Counted from the first letter of the stretch, positions 20,307 through 30,544 are shown. The stretch: 64,000 nucleotides of DNA from Candidatus Poribacteria bacterium (GCA_965205015.1 OZ242029.1:2336001-2400000); one strand, 5' to 3'. Program-made: numbers and translations. Notes: generated by a model from the sequence alone, not told the origin.

Positions 20307-21512
20307 ATGGAAAATACACCACAGACTGAAAGCAAAATTATAGAGTTGAAACCGTTCGCCGATGAAATGGTTGTCAATATGGGACCTCAGCATCCAAGTA
20401 CACACGGTGTGTTACGGCTGGAATTGAAATTGGATGGTGAAGTCGTTCGGGAAGCGATTCCCCACATCGGTTACCTGCATCGCTGCTTTGAGAAGCACTC
20501 CGAGAATCTCTCCTACCCCCAAATTATTCCCTTTACCGACCGAATGGATTACATAGCGGCGATGAACCAGAATTGGGGATTCTGTCTTGCTGTTGAGAAA
20601 TTGTTGGAGGCGGATGAGAGCAAAGACTTTGAGGTACCGGAACGGGCGGAATACCTGCGCGTGCTTATCTGTGAATTAAATCGTATTGCGAGCCATCTCC
20701 TCTCCTTCGGGACCTACGGAATGGACATCGGCGCATTTACCCCATTTCTCTACGCATTCCGGGATCGGGAACGATTGCTCCTGCTTTTTGAGAAAATATG
20801 CGGCGCACGCCTCACCTATAACTATATCCGCATCGGTGGGGTCTCCGAAATCATCCCGATGGAGTCGGGTTCCATTGCCGAACAGAACTTTTTGGACGAA
20901 GTCGAAGCGTTTTTAGACTACTTTGAACCGTTGATTGATGAATATAACGAACTCCTGACAAAAAACAGTATCTTCGCGCAACGCACGACGGGGGTCGCTG
21001 TCATGTCAGCAGAGATGGCGCTGAGCTACGGCGCAACGGGTCCGAACCTTCGCGGTTCCGGTGTTGATTGGGATCTGCGACGAGACGAACCCTACTCTAT
21101 TTACGACAGATTTGACTTTGATGTGCCTGTTGCTGTGGATGTCCCAGAATTAGGCTCCGTCGTTGGGGACTGCTGGAGTCGATACAAAATACGTATGGAT
21201 GAGATGAAGCAATCCGTCCGGATTGTACGACAGATTTTAGCGGAAGGACTCCCCGACGGTCCCGTCATGGCAGATTTGAAAGCCGTCCGTCCACCGAAAG
21301 GCGAAATCTATTTCCGCAGTGAAGCCCCGCGCGGTGAACTTGGGTTCTACATCGTCAGCGATGGCACACCGAAGCCGGTGCGTCTCAAGGGACGTTCCCC
21401 GTGTTTCAGTGCTTTGAGTGCGCTCCAGGAACTCAGTCGCGGTTTGATGGTCGCAGATATTATCGCCATTATCGGCAGCATTGATATTGTGATGGGAGAA
21501 GTGGACCGCTAA
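20307..21512 (+). CDS. nuoD: NADH-quinone oxidoreductase subunit D
   Basis: NMGPQHPSTHGVLRL, GYLHR and C-terminal DIVMGEVDR. Confidence 0.97.
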   Translation: MENTPQTESKIIELKPFADEMVVNMGPQHPSTHGVLRLELKLDGEVVREAIPHIGYLHRCFEKHSENLSYPQIIPFTDRMDYIAAMNQNWGFCLAVEKLLEADESKDFEVPERAEYLRVLICELNRIASHLLSFGTYGMDIGAFTPFLYAFRDRERLLLLFEKICGARLTYNYIRIGGVSEIIPMESGSIAEQNFLDEVEAFLDYFEPLIDEYNELLTKNSIFAQRTTGVAVMSAEMALSYGATGPNLRGSGVDWDLRRDEPYSIYDRFDFDVPVAVDVPELGSVVGDCWSRYKIRMDEMKQSVRIVRQILAEGLPDGPVMADLKAVRPPKGEIYFRSEAPRGELGFYIVSDGTPKPVRLKGRSPCFSALSALQELSRGLMVADIIAIIGSIDIVMGEVDR

Positions 21513-21536
21513 ACGCACTTGATAGTGGAGTAAAAA

Positions 21537-21830
21537 ATGAGAATCATAGCGAAGGAACAGACAAAGGGAGTAATGTGGGGTGCCTTTGGATTATTACTTT
21601 TCTATGCGTTGATAGTCTGTTTGACCGATTTTGGTGGAATCAACTTATTCGCTATCACTGGCGTTTTTTTTAGTGTTTTGATCACTAGCGTTCGTATAGC
21701 GGATCCCGAGTGTCTCCCAATATCAATATTATCGAACAACAAGTTTTTGCAGGGGACATTTGTCTTTTTAATTGTTTTTATGCTAACACATGGAGTTTTT
21801 GAGCTCTGGAAAGTTATATCTACAGGATAG
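21537..21830 (+). CDS. Small hypothetical membrane protein within the nuo operon
   Basis: 97 aa, about three hydrophobic segments, GGAG RBS, AT-rich. Confidence 0.55.
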   Translation: MRIIAKEQTKGVMWGAFGLLLFYALIVCLTDFGGINLFAITGVFFSVLITSVRIADPECLPISILSNNKFLQGTFVFLIVFMLTHGVFELWKVISTG

Positions 21831-21904
21831 TCGACACGACATTCTGTATGAAGATAGAGATTAATTTGTAGGCAATAGGTTTTGAATTAGATTGAGGAGG
21901 TTAG

Positions 21905-23173
21905 ATGTCGGATTTTAGGGCGATGCTTGTAGGTTTCCCATATTTCAATGTATCTGAAAGTTTCTTACCCAATATAGAGCTACAAGATGGACGCAATTGG
22001 GCTGAGGAATTTATACAGAATGTTGTGATTCCGCGACTACCAGAAGCCGCTGCTTCGCATTTTCCGGTGGAGATAGGCACAGTTCTCGTCATGTTTGCAT
22101 GTGCTGGTGTTTTTGTTGGAGTCGTCCCACTACTTCCTTTGGTGTTGGTGCTCGCAGAGCGAAAGGTCTCCGCACGTTTCCAAAATCGAACGGGACCCAT
22201 GCGGGTCGGACCGTGGGGTATACTGCAAACGTTAGCCGACGGCGTAAAACTTATCTTCAAAGAGGATTATATCCCACCGCAAGGCGATAAATTCCTTTTC
22301 TTACTTGCCCCCTACATCATTTTTGCCTGCTCGTTTGCTGTCTTCGCTGCGATTCCCTTCGGTCAAGGTATATTGGTGAGTGACTTTAATATTGGTATCT
22401 TCTATATCATGGCGATCTCCTCTGTAATTGTCATGGGAGTGATTATGGCGGGCTGGTCTTCAAACAGTAAATGGTCGTTGTTGGGTTCGCTCCGCTCCGC
22501 CGCACAGATCGTCAGTTATGAAATCCCGCTCGGTCTTTCCATCCTGACGGTCGTCATGCTCGTCGAAAGTTTGAGCATGCAAGAGATTGTCGCAAGTCAA
22601 TCCAATGGTGTTTTCAGTTGGCTCATTTTCCGAACTCCATTCACCTTTATCGCCTTCTTTGTCTTCTTTATTTCTTCTATTGCTGAGGTAAATCGAACCC
22701 CCTTTGATTTGCCCGAAGCCGAATCTGAAATCGTTGCCGGCTTCCATACCGAGTACAGCGGAATGCGCTTTGCCCTCTTCTTCATCGCTGAATACGCGAA
22801 TATGTTCGCTGTGAGTGCAATCGCTGTGACACTTTTCCTCGGCGGTTGGGAGGGTGTTTTGCCGGGTTACGATATTCTCGGTGGATTCCCCGGTTTCGTT
22901 ATCAAATCTATGGCACTCGTCTTTTTGATGATGTGGTTGAGATGGACGTTGCCGCGCTTGCGGGTAGATCAGCTGATGAATCTCTGCTGGAAATACTTTA
23001 TTCCGATCGCCTTCTTCAATATCTTAGGCACCGGCATCTGGGGACTCATTTTTCCAGAGGACACCGTGATTAGCACCGCCATTAGCTGCGCAATTATCTA
23101 TATTGGACTTATCGCCGCATATAAAGTTGCTGGACGGGGTCTCGCAGAGAGACCAGCACCACAACCGAGTTAG
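21905..23173 (+). CDS. nuoH: NADH-quinone oxidoreductase subunit H
   Basis: ERKVSARFQNRTGP, ADGVKL, NRTPFDLPEAESE and PRLRVDQL. Has an N-terminal extension. Confidence 0.97.
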   Translation: MSDFRAMLVGFPYFNVSESFLPNIELQDGRNWAEEFIQNVVIPRLPEAAASHFPVEIGTVLVMFACAGVFVGVVPLLPLVLVLAERKVSARFQNRTGPMRVGPWGILQTLADGVKLIFKEDYIPPQGDKFLFLLAPYIIFACSFAVFAAIPFGQGILVSDFNIGIFYIMAISSVIVMGVIMAGWSSNSKWSLLGSLRSAAQIVSYEIPLGLSILTVVMLVESLSMQEIVASQSNGVFSWLIFRTPFTFIAFFVFFISSIAEVNRTPFDLPEAESEIVAGFHTEYSGMRFALFFIAEYANMFAVSAIAVTLFLGGWEGVLPGYDILGGFPGFVIKSMALVFLMMWLRWTLPRLRVDQLMNLCWKYFIPIAFFNILGTGIWGLIFPEDTVISTAISCAIIYIGLIAAYKVAGRGLAERPAPQPS

Positions 23174-23212
23174 GGTCGTATCTGTATCCATTATTTGGAA
23201 GGAGCACCTAAA

Positions 23213-23932
23213 ATGGACAAATACATACGGAACATCTACAGAGGCGTTTATACCGTTCTCGTCGGGATGCGGGTGACAATCAGGCAGTTCTTTGAACCGA
23301 ACGTCACGCATCAATACCCGTATGAACACGACTTTGAAAAGAAACAGAACATCCGAGAGATTCCGAAAGGATATCGTGGGCAACTCTATAATCGAATTGA
23401 GGATTGCATCGGGTGCAAAAAATGTGAAATGATTTGTCCTGTTGATTGCATTACGATCACAGGCACCAAACTTCCCAAGGGTGAACAGCTCTGGGATAGC
23501 ATGAACGTTGTGCACCTTAAGGATGGGCGTGAAGTCATCGGTATTGTTGAAGGCGACGATAAAAAGATAAAGTCGGCAGATTCGATAACCCTTACGAATA
23601 TCACTTCTCGCCAGGGAACACAGGAGGTCATAGACCGCCTTGAGCCATCCGGGGTTGAGCGTCGAACCCAGACCTTTTCCAGTGACGAGGTATCGCGTGT
23701 TGTTACCCGAAATCCGGTGGTCTTCTACCTCGATCAGTTTGATATTGATATGTCCCTCTGTATGTATTGTGGACTTTGTACTGAGGTTTGTCCGACAGAG
23801 TGTCTCACCATGAAGGACACACTCGCCGGGATTGAGTACTCCAAATTCGACCGATCGGATCTAATCTTTAAGTTTGACAAGCAAGAGATGTACGGTAAAG
23901 GTAGCACCGAGGAAGTGGATGCCGCAGATTAG
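23213..23932 (+). CDS. nuoI: NADH-quinone oxidoreductase subunit I, with a large insertion
   Basis: THQYP, GYRG, CIGCKKCEMICP and CMYCGLCTEVCP. Start at ATG after GGAG. Confidence 0.9.
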   Translation: MDKYIRNIYRGVYTVLVGMRVTIRQFFEPNVTHQYPYEHDFEKKQNIREIPKGYRGQLYNRIEDCIGCKKCEMICPVDCITITGTKLPKGEQLWDSMNVVHLKDGREVIGIVEGDDKKIKSADSITLTNITSRQGTQEVIDRLEPSGVERRTQTFSSDEVSRVVTRNPVVFYLDQFDIDMSLCMYCGLCTEVCPTECLTMKDTLAGIEYSKFDRSDLIFKFDKQEMYGKGSTEEVDAAD

Positions 23933-24130
23933 CACTTTCATAACATCGGATCTTGCGTTGCAGATTTAATTCGTATTGAACGAGGTTTCTGTGTCACTTG
24001 CTTGATGTCCTAAAAAGTTGAAAAGACTGGCAAAAGTCAGCAGCACTGCAACAATGGCAGCAGTGCGGACTTGAAAAGAGGAGCTGCACGCCAAGTAATC
24101 CTGACAATTCGCTTGCGCCAGCTTAAAAGA

Positions 24131-24649
24131 ATGGAATTTACGCTCAAAACCTTTATTTTTTACGGTTTCGCCCTGATGACAATTGCGTCCGCGCTCGTTG
24201 TTGTCACGGTACGAAACATCGTCCACGCGGCGTTTTCGCTCATGGTGACGCTCTTCGGTGTTGCCGGGCTTTACGTCTTTTTACAAGCTGATTTCCTTGC
24301 TGCAACGCAGGTGATTGTTTATGTCGGCGGTATACTCGTTCTCATTCTATTCGGTGTCATGATGACAAGCGGACGCTTAGAGATGCGCATTCATATTGAA
24401 CGCGGGCAACTTCTGCTCGGTGGTGTTGTTTCATTGGCACTGCTCATGTTGCTTTTAACTGTTATTGCGAATACACCCGCATGGAAGAATCTCACCGATG
24501 ACGGCACCGAGCTTCCACCGACAACAGAACGTATTGGCGAGTTGATTTTGAATGGACCATTTCTCCTACCATTTGAAGTCGTCTCCGTGCTGCTATTGGT
24601 CGCATTAATCGGAGCCGCCCTAATTTCCCGAAAGGAGGTTAGGGACTAA
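24131..24649 (+). CDS. nuoJ: NADH-quinone oxidoreductase subunit J
   Basis: RNIVHAA, QVIVYVGGILVL and PFEVVSVLLLVALIGA. Confidence 0.93.
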   Translation: MEFTLKTFIFYGFALMTIASALVVVTVRNIVHAAFSLMVTLFGVAGLYVFLQADFLAATQVIVYVGGILVLILFGVMMTSGRLEMRIHIERGQLLLGGVVSLALLMLLLTVIANTPAWKNLTDDGTELPPTTERIGELILNGPFLLPFEVVSVLLLVALIGAALISRKEVRD

Positions 24650-24666
24650 ATCCCCTGCGTAACACA

Positions 24667-24975
24667 ATGACCTTACAACATTATCTCGTCATCAGTGCGA
24701 TTCTGTTCACACTCGGCATTTTCGCCGTCCTGACCCGACGGAACGCTATTAGCATTTTGATGGGAATTGAACTTATTCTCAATTCGTGTAATCTTAACTT
24801 TGCCGCATTCTCGCGTTTTATGACGCCACTGGAGGACATCAGCGGACAAATTATCGCGATTTTCGGGATTGTGCTCGCCGCAGCGGAAGCCGCTGTCTTT
24901 CTGGCGATTATCCTCGCCATCTATCGTGAATTCGGTAGCATACGTCCCAACGAAGTCGATACGCTAAAAGGTTAG
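24667..24975 (+). CDS. nuoK: NADH-quinone oxidoreductase subunit K
   Basis: RRNAISILMGIELILN and AAAEAAV motifs. Confidence 0.95.
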   Translation: MTLQHYLVISAILFTLGIFAVLTRRNAISILMGIELILNSCNLNFAAFSRFMTPLEDISGQIIAIFGIVLAAAEAAVFLAIILAIYREFGSIRPNEVDTLKG

Positions 24976-24980
24976 AAGGC

Positions 24981-25075
24981 TTATCGGCTATCAGTTATCG
25001 GTTGTCAGTTACAAGAGGGTTTTATTCAACGAAAACCTCTTGACGGATGGTTTCCAACAGTTTCCGACAGCTGAA
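24981..25075. repeat. Heptamer-arm inverted element, copy 2
   Basis: tatcggctatcagttatcggttgtcagttacaagagg...cctcttgac...ccaacag...ccgacagctga. Confidence 0.55.
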
Positions 25076-25109
25076 TCCTAAAAAAAGAAAAGGCTTAAAC
25101 AGAAAAAAT

Positions 25110-27329
25110 ATGATGATCCCGTTAATAAGTCTCATCTTGCTTTGCCCGCTTGCCGCATTTGCGATCTTTGGGCTTTTGGGCTTGGGAAATCGGAGTTTCC
25201 CGCGACAGGACTACCTATCCACTGCAGCAATGCTCATTGCGCTCGTATGTTCGTTCCTGCTTTTGGGAGAAGTCGGCCCCGAGCCAGAACCTCATACAGT
25301 TAAGTGGATTTCGCTCGGTGGTGTTACCTTCTCTATGGGTTTTTATTTGGACAGCGTCACAGCGATCATGCTGATTGTCGTCACGCTCGTCAGTAGCCTC
25401 GTCCATATTTTCTCGATGGGCTACATGCACGGTGATCCGAGATACCCACGGTTTTTTGCCTATCTTTCGCTTTTCTCCTTTTCGATGCTTTTCTTGGTCG
25501 TGTCGGATAACCTGCTCGGTATTTATATCGGTTGGGAACTCGTTGGACTCTGTTCCTATCTGCTCATCGGTTTCTGGTTTGAAAAGGACTCCGCCGCGGA
25601 TGCGTGTAAAAAGGCGTTCTTGACGACGCGTGTCGGTGATGTCGGTATGTTCATCGGCATGATGATGCTCTTCACTAAGTTTAAGACGCTCTCGCTCTAC
25701 GGAGAAGGCGGTATTTTTGCCCTCGCCGCCAGCCTGAATACCGGCGATATGGTATGGCTCTCGATCGCGGGGGTCCTCATCTTTTGCGGTGCCATCGGTA
25801 AATCGGCACAGGTGCCGCTACATACATGGCTTCCTGACGCAATGGAAGGTCCTACACCCGTCAGTGCTTTGATTCATGCCGCTACGATGGTTGCTGCTGG
25901 CGTGTATCTCACCGCTCGGATGTTCCCTATTCTGACGGAGACGTCATCCTTAGTCATCGCCTATATCGGTGGTATCACCGCACTTATCGCTGCAACTATC
26001 GCTATTGTCCGTTTCGACATTAAACGGGTTCTGGCATATTCCACGATTAGCCAACTTGGGTATATGATGCTTGGGATTGGCGTTGGTAGTTATGTCGCAG
26101 GGCTTTTCCACCTCACGACACACGCCTTTTTCAAAGCACTGCTGTTTCTCGGTTCAGGAAGCGTTATCCACGCCTTCCATGCCATGCATGCGCACGCACA
26201 TGATGATGAACACGTCCACGATGACCACGATACGCACGGACATGACCACGATAACCACGGTTTAGTACATGCTCACGGTTCGGAAATTCCGCCCGATCAG
26301 GACATGCGAAACATGGGTGGGTTGCGCCACAAAATGCCAATTACTTTTGTCACAATGCTCATCGCAACGTTGTCTATTTCTGGGGTGCCTTTTGTCTTCT
26401 CTGGGTTCTGGAGTAAGGACGCAATCTTAGCCGGCGTGCTGGGGCGGGCGATGGAATGGAACTCTGTTCATCACTATCTCCTCTTCGGTATCGCACTCTT
26501 TGCCGCTGGAATTACGGCGTTCTATATGTTCCGACTGATTTTCATGACCTTCTTCGGTGAACCACGCAATCAGGAGATGCACGACATGGCGCATGAATCC
26601 CCGAAGTCGATGACCGTGCCACTCCTTATTCTGGCAGTTCTGAGTCTGCCTATCGTGAATACACTTTGGTTTAACCAAGACTATGTTAAACCACCAGAAC
26701 AACCACATCTTCATGCCCCGCAGCATGCACATGTCTCACCTGACAGCAAAACTGACACGGTCGGAGCCACGCTATCACTCTTCGGTGTTTCTGAAGCAGT
26801 CGCAGCCGAAGAAGGCGGACACGACACACACGGCGCACACGCGGATGATGGGCATCATGGACACGGTCCCGCACATACCATCGCGATGGTACTATCTATC
26901 TGCGTCGCTGGATTCGGTATCCTGTTTTCATGGTTGTTCTACCACAGGAGAACGTTGTCTGCCGAATCTGTCGCAACGACTTTCCGACCGCTTTATAATC
27001 TTTTCTGGCACAAATACTACTTTGACGAATTTTACGACGGTGTATTGGTCGCGCTAACGGTGTATAAAGCACGACTCTTCGCTCAATTTGATGGGATTAT
27101 CGTTGACGGCATCGTCAACGGTGTTGGAAAAGTGACGCGGGACTTCCTCGCCGTGTTCATCGGCTTCTTTGATAATCGTGTCGTCGATGGCATGGTCAAT
27201 CGAGTCGCTCAGGTTACATGGGCAGTCGGCGGAAGGGTCCGTCGGATCCAGACCGGCGCGATTCAGACCTATCTCTTCGTTGTGCTGGCTGGAATTGTGT
27301 TGTTAATCTTAATTTTCCGGGCTTTTTAA
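25110..27329 (+). CDS. nuoL: NADH-quinone oxidoreductase subunit L
   Basis: WELVGLCSYLLIGFW, GKSAQVPLHTWLPDAMEGPTPVSALIHAATMV and HAFFKALLF. Contains His-rich loops. Confidence 0.97.
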   Translation: MMIPLISLILLCPLAAFAIFGLLGLGNRSFPRQDYLSTAAMLIALVCSFLLLGEVGPEPEPHTVKWISLGGVTFSMGFYLDSVTAIMLIVVTLVSSLVHIFSMGYMHGDPRYPRFFAYLSLFSFSMLFLVVSDNLLGIYIGWELVGLCSYLLIGFWFEKDSAADACKKAFLTTRVGDVGMFIGMMMLFTKFKTLSLYGEGGIFALAASLNTGDMVWLSIAGVLIFCGAIGKSAQVPLHTWLPDAMEGPTPVSALIHAATMVAAGVYLTARMFPILTETSSLVIAYIGGITALIAATIAIVRFDIKRVLAYSTISQLGYMMLGIGVGSYVAGLFHLTTHAFFKALLFLGSGSVIHAFHAMHAHAHDDEHVHDDHDTHGHDHDNHGLVHAHGSEIPPDQDMRNMGGLRHKMPITFVTMLIATLSISGVPFVFSGFWSKDAILAGVLGRAMEWNSVHHYLLFGIALFAAGITAFYMFRLIFMTFFGEPRNQEMHDMAHESPKSMTVPLLILAVLSLPIVNTLWFNQDYVKPPEQPHLHAPQHAHVSPDSKTDTVGATLSLFGVSEAVAAEEGGHDTHGAHADDGHHGHGPAHTIAMVLSICVAGFGILFSWLFYHRRTLSAESVATTFRPLYNLFWHKYYFDEFYDGVLVALTVYKARLFAQFDGIIVDGIVNGVGKVTRDFLAVFIGFFDNRVVDGMVNRVAQVTWAVGGRVRRIQTGAIQTYLFVVLAGIVLLILIFRAF

Positions 27330-27437
27330 TGATGCGCAAGGCGTTAGCAAGGGTAATTTGTTTATTGACGGTTTTTTCTGGGAGTCGCCTGCTCCGTTGT
27401 TGCAGGCTGCCGTCTTAAGCTAATTTTACAAAACGCA

Positions 27438-27525
27438 TCGTCCGTAATGAAATGGAGGACGGGTATACGGAAAGGCATTCTAAACCCCAAACCCGCCTGA
27501 CCGAACCGCAAGGAATAATTAAAAA
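27438..27525 (+). repeat. Dispersed ~100-bp repeat, copy 2, ending at the nuoM ATG
   Basis: gtccgtaatgaaatggaggac...ccgcaaggaataattaaaaaATG. Confidence 0.65.
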
Positions 27526-29037
27526 ATGTTACTATCGCTGATGATTTTTATCCCGTTGCTCGGGATGATCGCTGTTTTACTTCTGCCGCGCGAGTCAGAG
27601 GAACTGGTTAAACGCGTTACGCTCCTCTTTACACTCATCCCACTCGCACTCGCAGTCGCTTTATTCATATCCTACGACCGCTCGACTGCAGGAACGCAGT
27701 ATGTCGTTAACGTTCCTTGGATCCAAGCGTTTAACATCCAATATCACATCGGCATTGATGGGCTCAGTGTGACGCTTCTGCTCCTCACTGCGCTCTTAGG
27801 TCCCATCTGCGTTATTGCCTCTTGGCGCAACATCGAAAAAGGTATCAAGGCTTATATGGCGTTGTTCCTACTGCTTGAGACCGGAATGTTGGGGTTCTTT
27901 GCCGCCTTGGATCTGTTCCTTTTCTACGTCTTTTTTGAATTGACACTCCTGCCGATGTACTTCCTGATCGGTATCTGGGGTGGACCGCGCCGCGAATACG
28001 CTGCGATTAAGTTCTTCCTCTATACCCTCTTCGGCAGTGTGTTAATGTTGGTGGCAATGATAGCGGTTTATCTCAACAGTGGTGCCCCGGGGGCGCGAAC
28101 CTTTGATATTCCGACACTCATTACGTTAGCATCTACGGAAGGACACGCGCTTAACACCCTCAACTTCCAGATCTGGGTCTTCCTCGGTTTCTTTATCGGG
28201 TTTGCCGTTAAGGTGCCGATCTTCCCGTTCCATACGTGGCTTCCCGATGCACACGTCGAAGCACCGACAGCCATTAGCGTTATCCTTGCCGGGATTCTCC
28301 TAAAGATGGGGACTTATGGGTTGGTTCGGGTTAATATGGCGATGTTTCCACACGGCTTGGACTTCTTCTGTAATGGAATCGGTTTCTGGGGCAACAGTCT
28401 CGCACTTCTTGGGTTTATTAATATCGTCTACGGCTCCTTCTGCGCATTGGCACAAACCGACTTTAAGAAGTTGGTCGCATATTCGAGTATCGGACACATG
28501 GGCTTCGTCATCTTAGGACTTTCCGCCCGAAATGACAGCGGCATCACTGGGGCAATTCTTCAGATGTTTAACCACGGTGTTATCAGCGCGATGCTCTTCC
28601 TACTCGTCGGTGTTCTTTACGACAGGGCACACCATCGTGAAATCAACGGATTCGGCGGTCTGGGAACCAAAATGCCTGTCTACACCGGCATTACGACGCT
28701 TGCGTTCATGGCTTCTTTGGGATTGCCCGGCTTGAGCGGATTCGTCGGAGAGGCGCTCTCCTTACTCGGTGCCTACGATAAATTCAAACTATTGACCATC
28801 TTATCCACAATCGGTATTGTTGTCGGTGCGGCATATTTCCTCTGGACGCTCCAAAGGGTTTTCTTAGGGACACTCAATCCTAAATATGAAGACCTTCCCG
28901 AAATCAATGGACGCGAAATCCTGACGCTGGTGCCGCTTGGAATCCTAACCATTGTGCTTGGTGTCTGGCCCAACTTCGCTATTGATATGTTTAGAGAATC
29001 GGTTACCAACCTCATAGACGTCCTACAGGCGATATAG
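27526..29037 (+). CDS. nuoM: NADH-quinone oxidoreductase subunit M
   Basis: GIDGLS, KVPIFPFHTWLPDAHVEAPT and LPGLSGFVGE. Confidence 0.97.
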   Translation: MLLSLMIFIPLLGMIAVLLLPRESEELVKRVTLLFTLIPLALAVALFISYDRSTAGTQYVVNVPWIQAFNIQYHIGIDGLSVTLLLLTALLGPICVIASWRNIEKGIKAYMALFLLLETGMLGFFAALDLFLFYVFFELTLLPMYFLIGIWGGPRREYAAIKFFLYTLFGSVLMLVAMIAVYLNSGAPGARTFDIPTLITLASTEGHALNTLNFQIWVFLGFFIGFAVKVPIFPFHTWLPDAHVEAPTAISVILAGILLKMGTYGLVRVNMAMFPHGLDFFCNGIGFWGNSLALLGFINIVYGSFCALAQTDFKKLVAYSSIGHMGFVILGLSARNDSGITGAILQMFNHGVISAMLFLLVGVLYDRAHHREINGFGGLGTKMPVYTGITTLAFMASLGLPGLSGFVGEALSLLGAYDKFKLLTILSTIGIVVGAAYFLWTLQRVFLGTLNPKYEDLPEINGREILTLVPLGILTIVLGVWPNFAIDMFRESVTNLIDVLQAI

Positions 29038-29053
29038 GAGGTTTGAGGAAAGT

Positions 29054-30544
29054 ATGCAACCCTTAAGCAACATCGGAAGCCTCCTCTACTTCAGTCCAGA
29101 AATCCTCCTCGTGATTTTTGCCGCAGCTGTTGTGCTCCTTGATCTCGTTGTGAAAGATAGAGAGAGTTCCGCGGTCGCACATCTCTCCCTCGCAGGATGT
29201 ATTTGTGTCTTCGCCGCTGTCCTGATCACGCATTTCTCTTTCGGCAATGAAGGTCCTATTTCCCTCTTTTTCGGAATGATCCGACTTGACACGTTTTCCA
29301 GTTTTTTCAAGGTGCTGCTGCTGCTTGCAACCGCTGCAACGATTCTCTTTTCTCTCCGCTCCGAGGAACTCGACGCGCGGTTGAAAGGCGAATACTACGC
29401 ACTCTTGTTAGCGATTACCCTTGGGATGTTCCTGATGGCATCGTCGACGAATCTGTTGATGATATTCATCTCGTTGGAAACGGTGAGTCTTACCTCCTAT
29501 ATCCTCGCTGGGTTCTTGACGCATAATCCCCGTTCCAGTGAAGCGGCGTTCAAATACATTACGTATGGCGCAGTCGCCTCCGGAACCATGCTCTTCGGGC
29601 TGTCCCTCCTCTTCGGGATGGCTGGTTCTGGCGATCTCGGTCAAATTAGCGTGCGACTCACGGAACTCCTCGCAGCCGGGGACGTTGCGCCTCTTGCCGT
29701 GTTGATTGCGATAACCTTCATTCTTGCGGGTGTCGGCTATAAGATAGCCTCAGTTCCGTTTCACATGTGGTCCCCCGATGTTTACGAAGGCGCGCCTATT
29801 CCGATCACCGCTTTTCTGTCAGTCGCTTCAAAATCCGCAGGTTTTGCCCTGTTCATCAGATTTTTCTACGCCGGGTTTGGCAACTCTGAATTGATGCAAG
29901 CTGTTGATTGGACCCTTATGTTGGCGATCGTCTCCGCATTGACGATGACTGTCGGAAATCTTGCCGCTTTGCCACAACAGAATGTGAAACGTTTATTGGC
30001 GTATTCCAGCATCGCACACGGTGGTTACCTTTTGATGGGCGGTGTCCTGCTCACCTCTGAAGGCATCGGCGCGATCCTCTTCTACCTCGTTGTCTATCTC
30101 TTTATGAACTTGGGGGCGTTTTATGTCGTTGTGCTGATTGCGAACGAGGAGGGAACTGAGATGGTTGAGGGTTATCGGGGTCTTGCCTCGCGGGCACCGA
30201 TGGTCGCTTGGGCAATGGCGATTTTCCTATTTTCGCTGACCGGGATTCCGCCGTTCGCAGGTTTCTTCGGAAAATGGCTACTCTTTGCCGCTGTCCTTGA
30301 GCAAGGCTACTATTGGCTGGCACTTGTCGGTCTACTCAATAGCGTTGTCTCGCTCTACTATTATGCCCGCATTGTGAAAGCGATGTTTCTTGAAGATGCT
30401 GGCGAGGAAACAACGCAGGTCTCCTTTTCTACTGGTACCTTTGCCCTTTTGAGCGTCTTTGTCATCCCAACGATCCTCATCGGATTCCTCAATATTTTCT
30501 ATACCTTCTCCAATATCTCAGTTTCGGTCATGCCGATGCAGTAA
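29054..30544 (+). CDS. nuoN: NADH-quinone oxidoreductase subunit N
   Basis: EAAFKY, VPFHMWSPDVYEGAP, KRLLAYSSIAH and GIPPFAGFFGK. Confidence 0.97.
   Translation: MQPLSNIGSLLYFSPEILLVIFAAAVVLLDLVVKDRESSAVAHLSLAGCICVFAAVLITHFSFGNEGPISLFFGMIRLDTFSSFFKVLLLLATAATILFSLRSEELDARLKGEYYALLLAITLGMFLMASSTNLLMIFISLETVSLTSYILAGFLTHNPRSSEAAFKYITYGAVASGTMLFGLSLLFGMAGSGDLGQISVRLTELLAAGDVAPLAVLIAITFILAGVGYKIASVPFHMWSPDVYEGAPIPITAFLSVASKSAGFALFIRFFYAGFGNSELMQAVDWTLMLAIVSALTMTVGNLAALPQQNVKRLLAYSSIAHGGYLLMGGVLLTSEGIGAILFYLVVYLFMNLGAFYVVVLIANEEGTEMVEGYRGLASRAPMVAWAMAIFLFSLTGIPPFAGFFGKWLLFAAVLEQGYYWLALVGLLNSVVSLYYYARIVKAMFLEDAGEETTQVSFSTGTFALLSVFVIPTILIGFLNIFYTFSNISVSVMPMQ

Noticed and set aside
23975-24020. CHLLDVL-coding stretch in the nuoI-nuoJ spacer resembling the ISAs1 N-terminus (CHLLDML/CHLLDIL)
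   Set aside because: Only about 7 codons of similarity, with no IR or TSD; may be chance.
18680-25109. Long N-terminal extensions of NuoB, NuoJ and NuoL in the ORF track
   Set aside because: Downstream ATGs (18764, 24131, 25110) fit the family N-termini better. The extensions overlap upstream genes, spacers or repeats.
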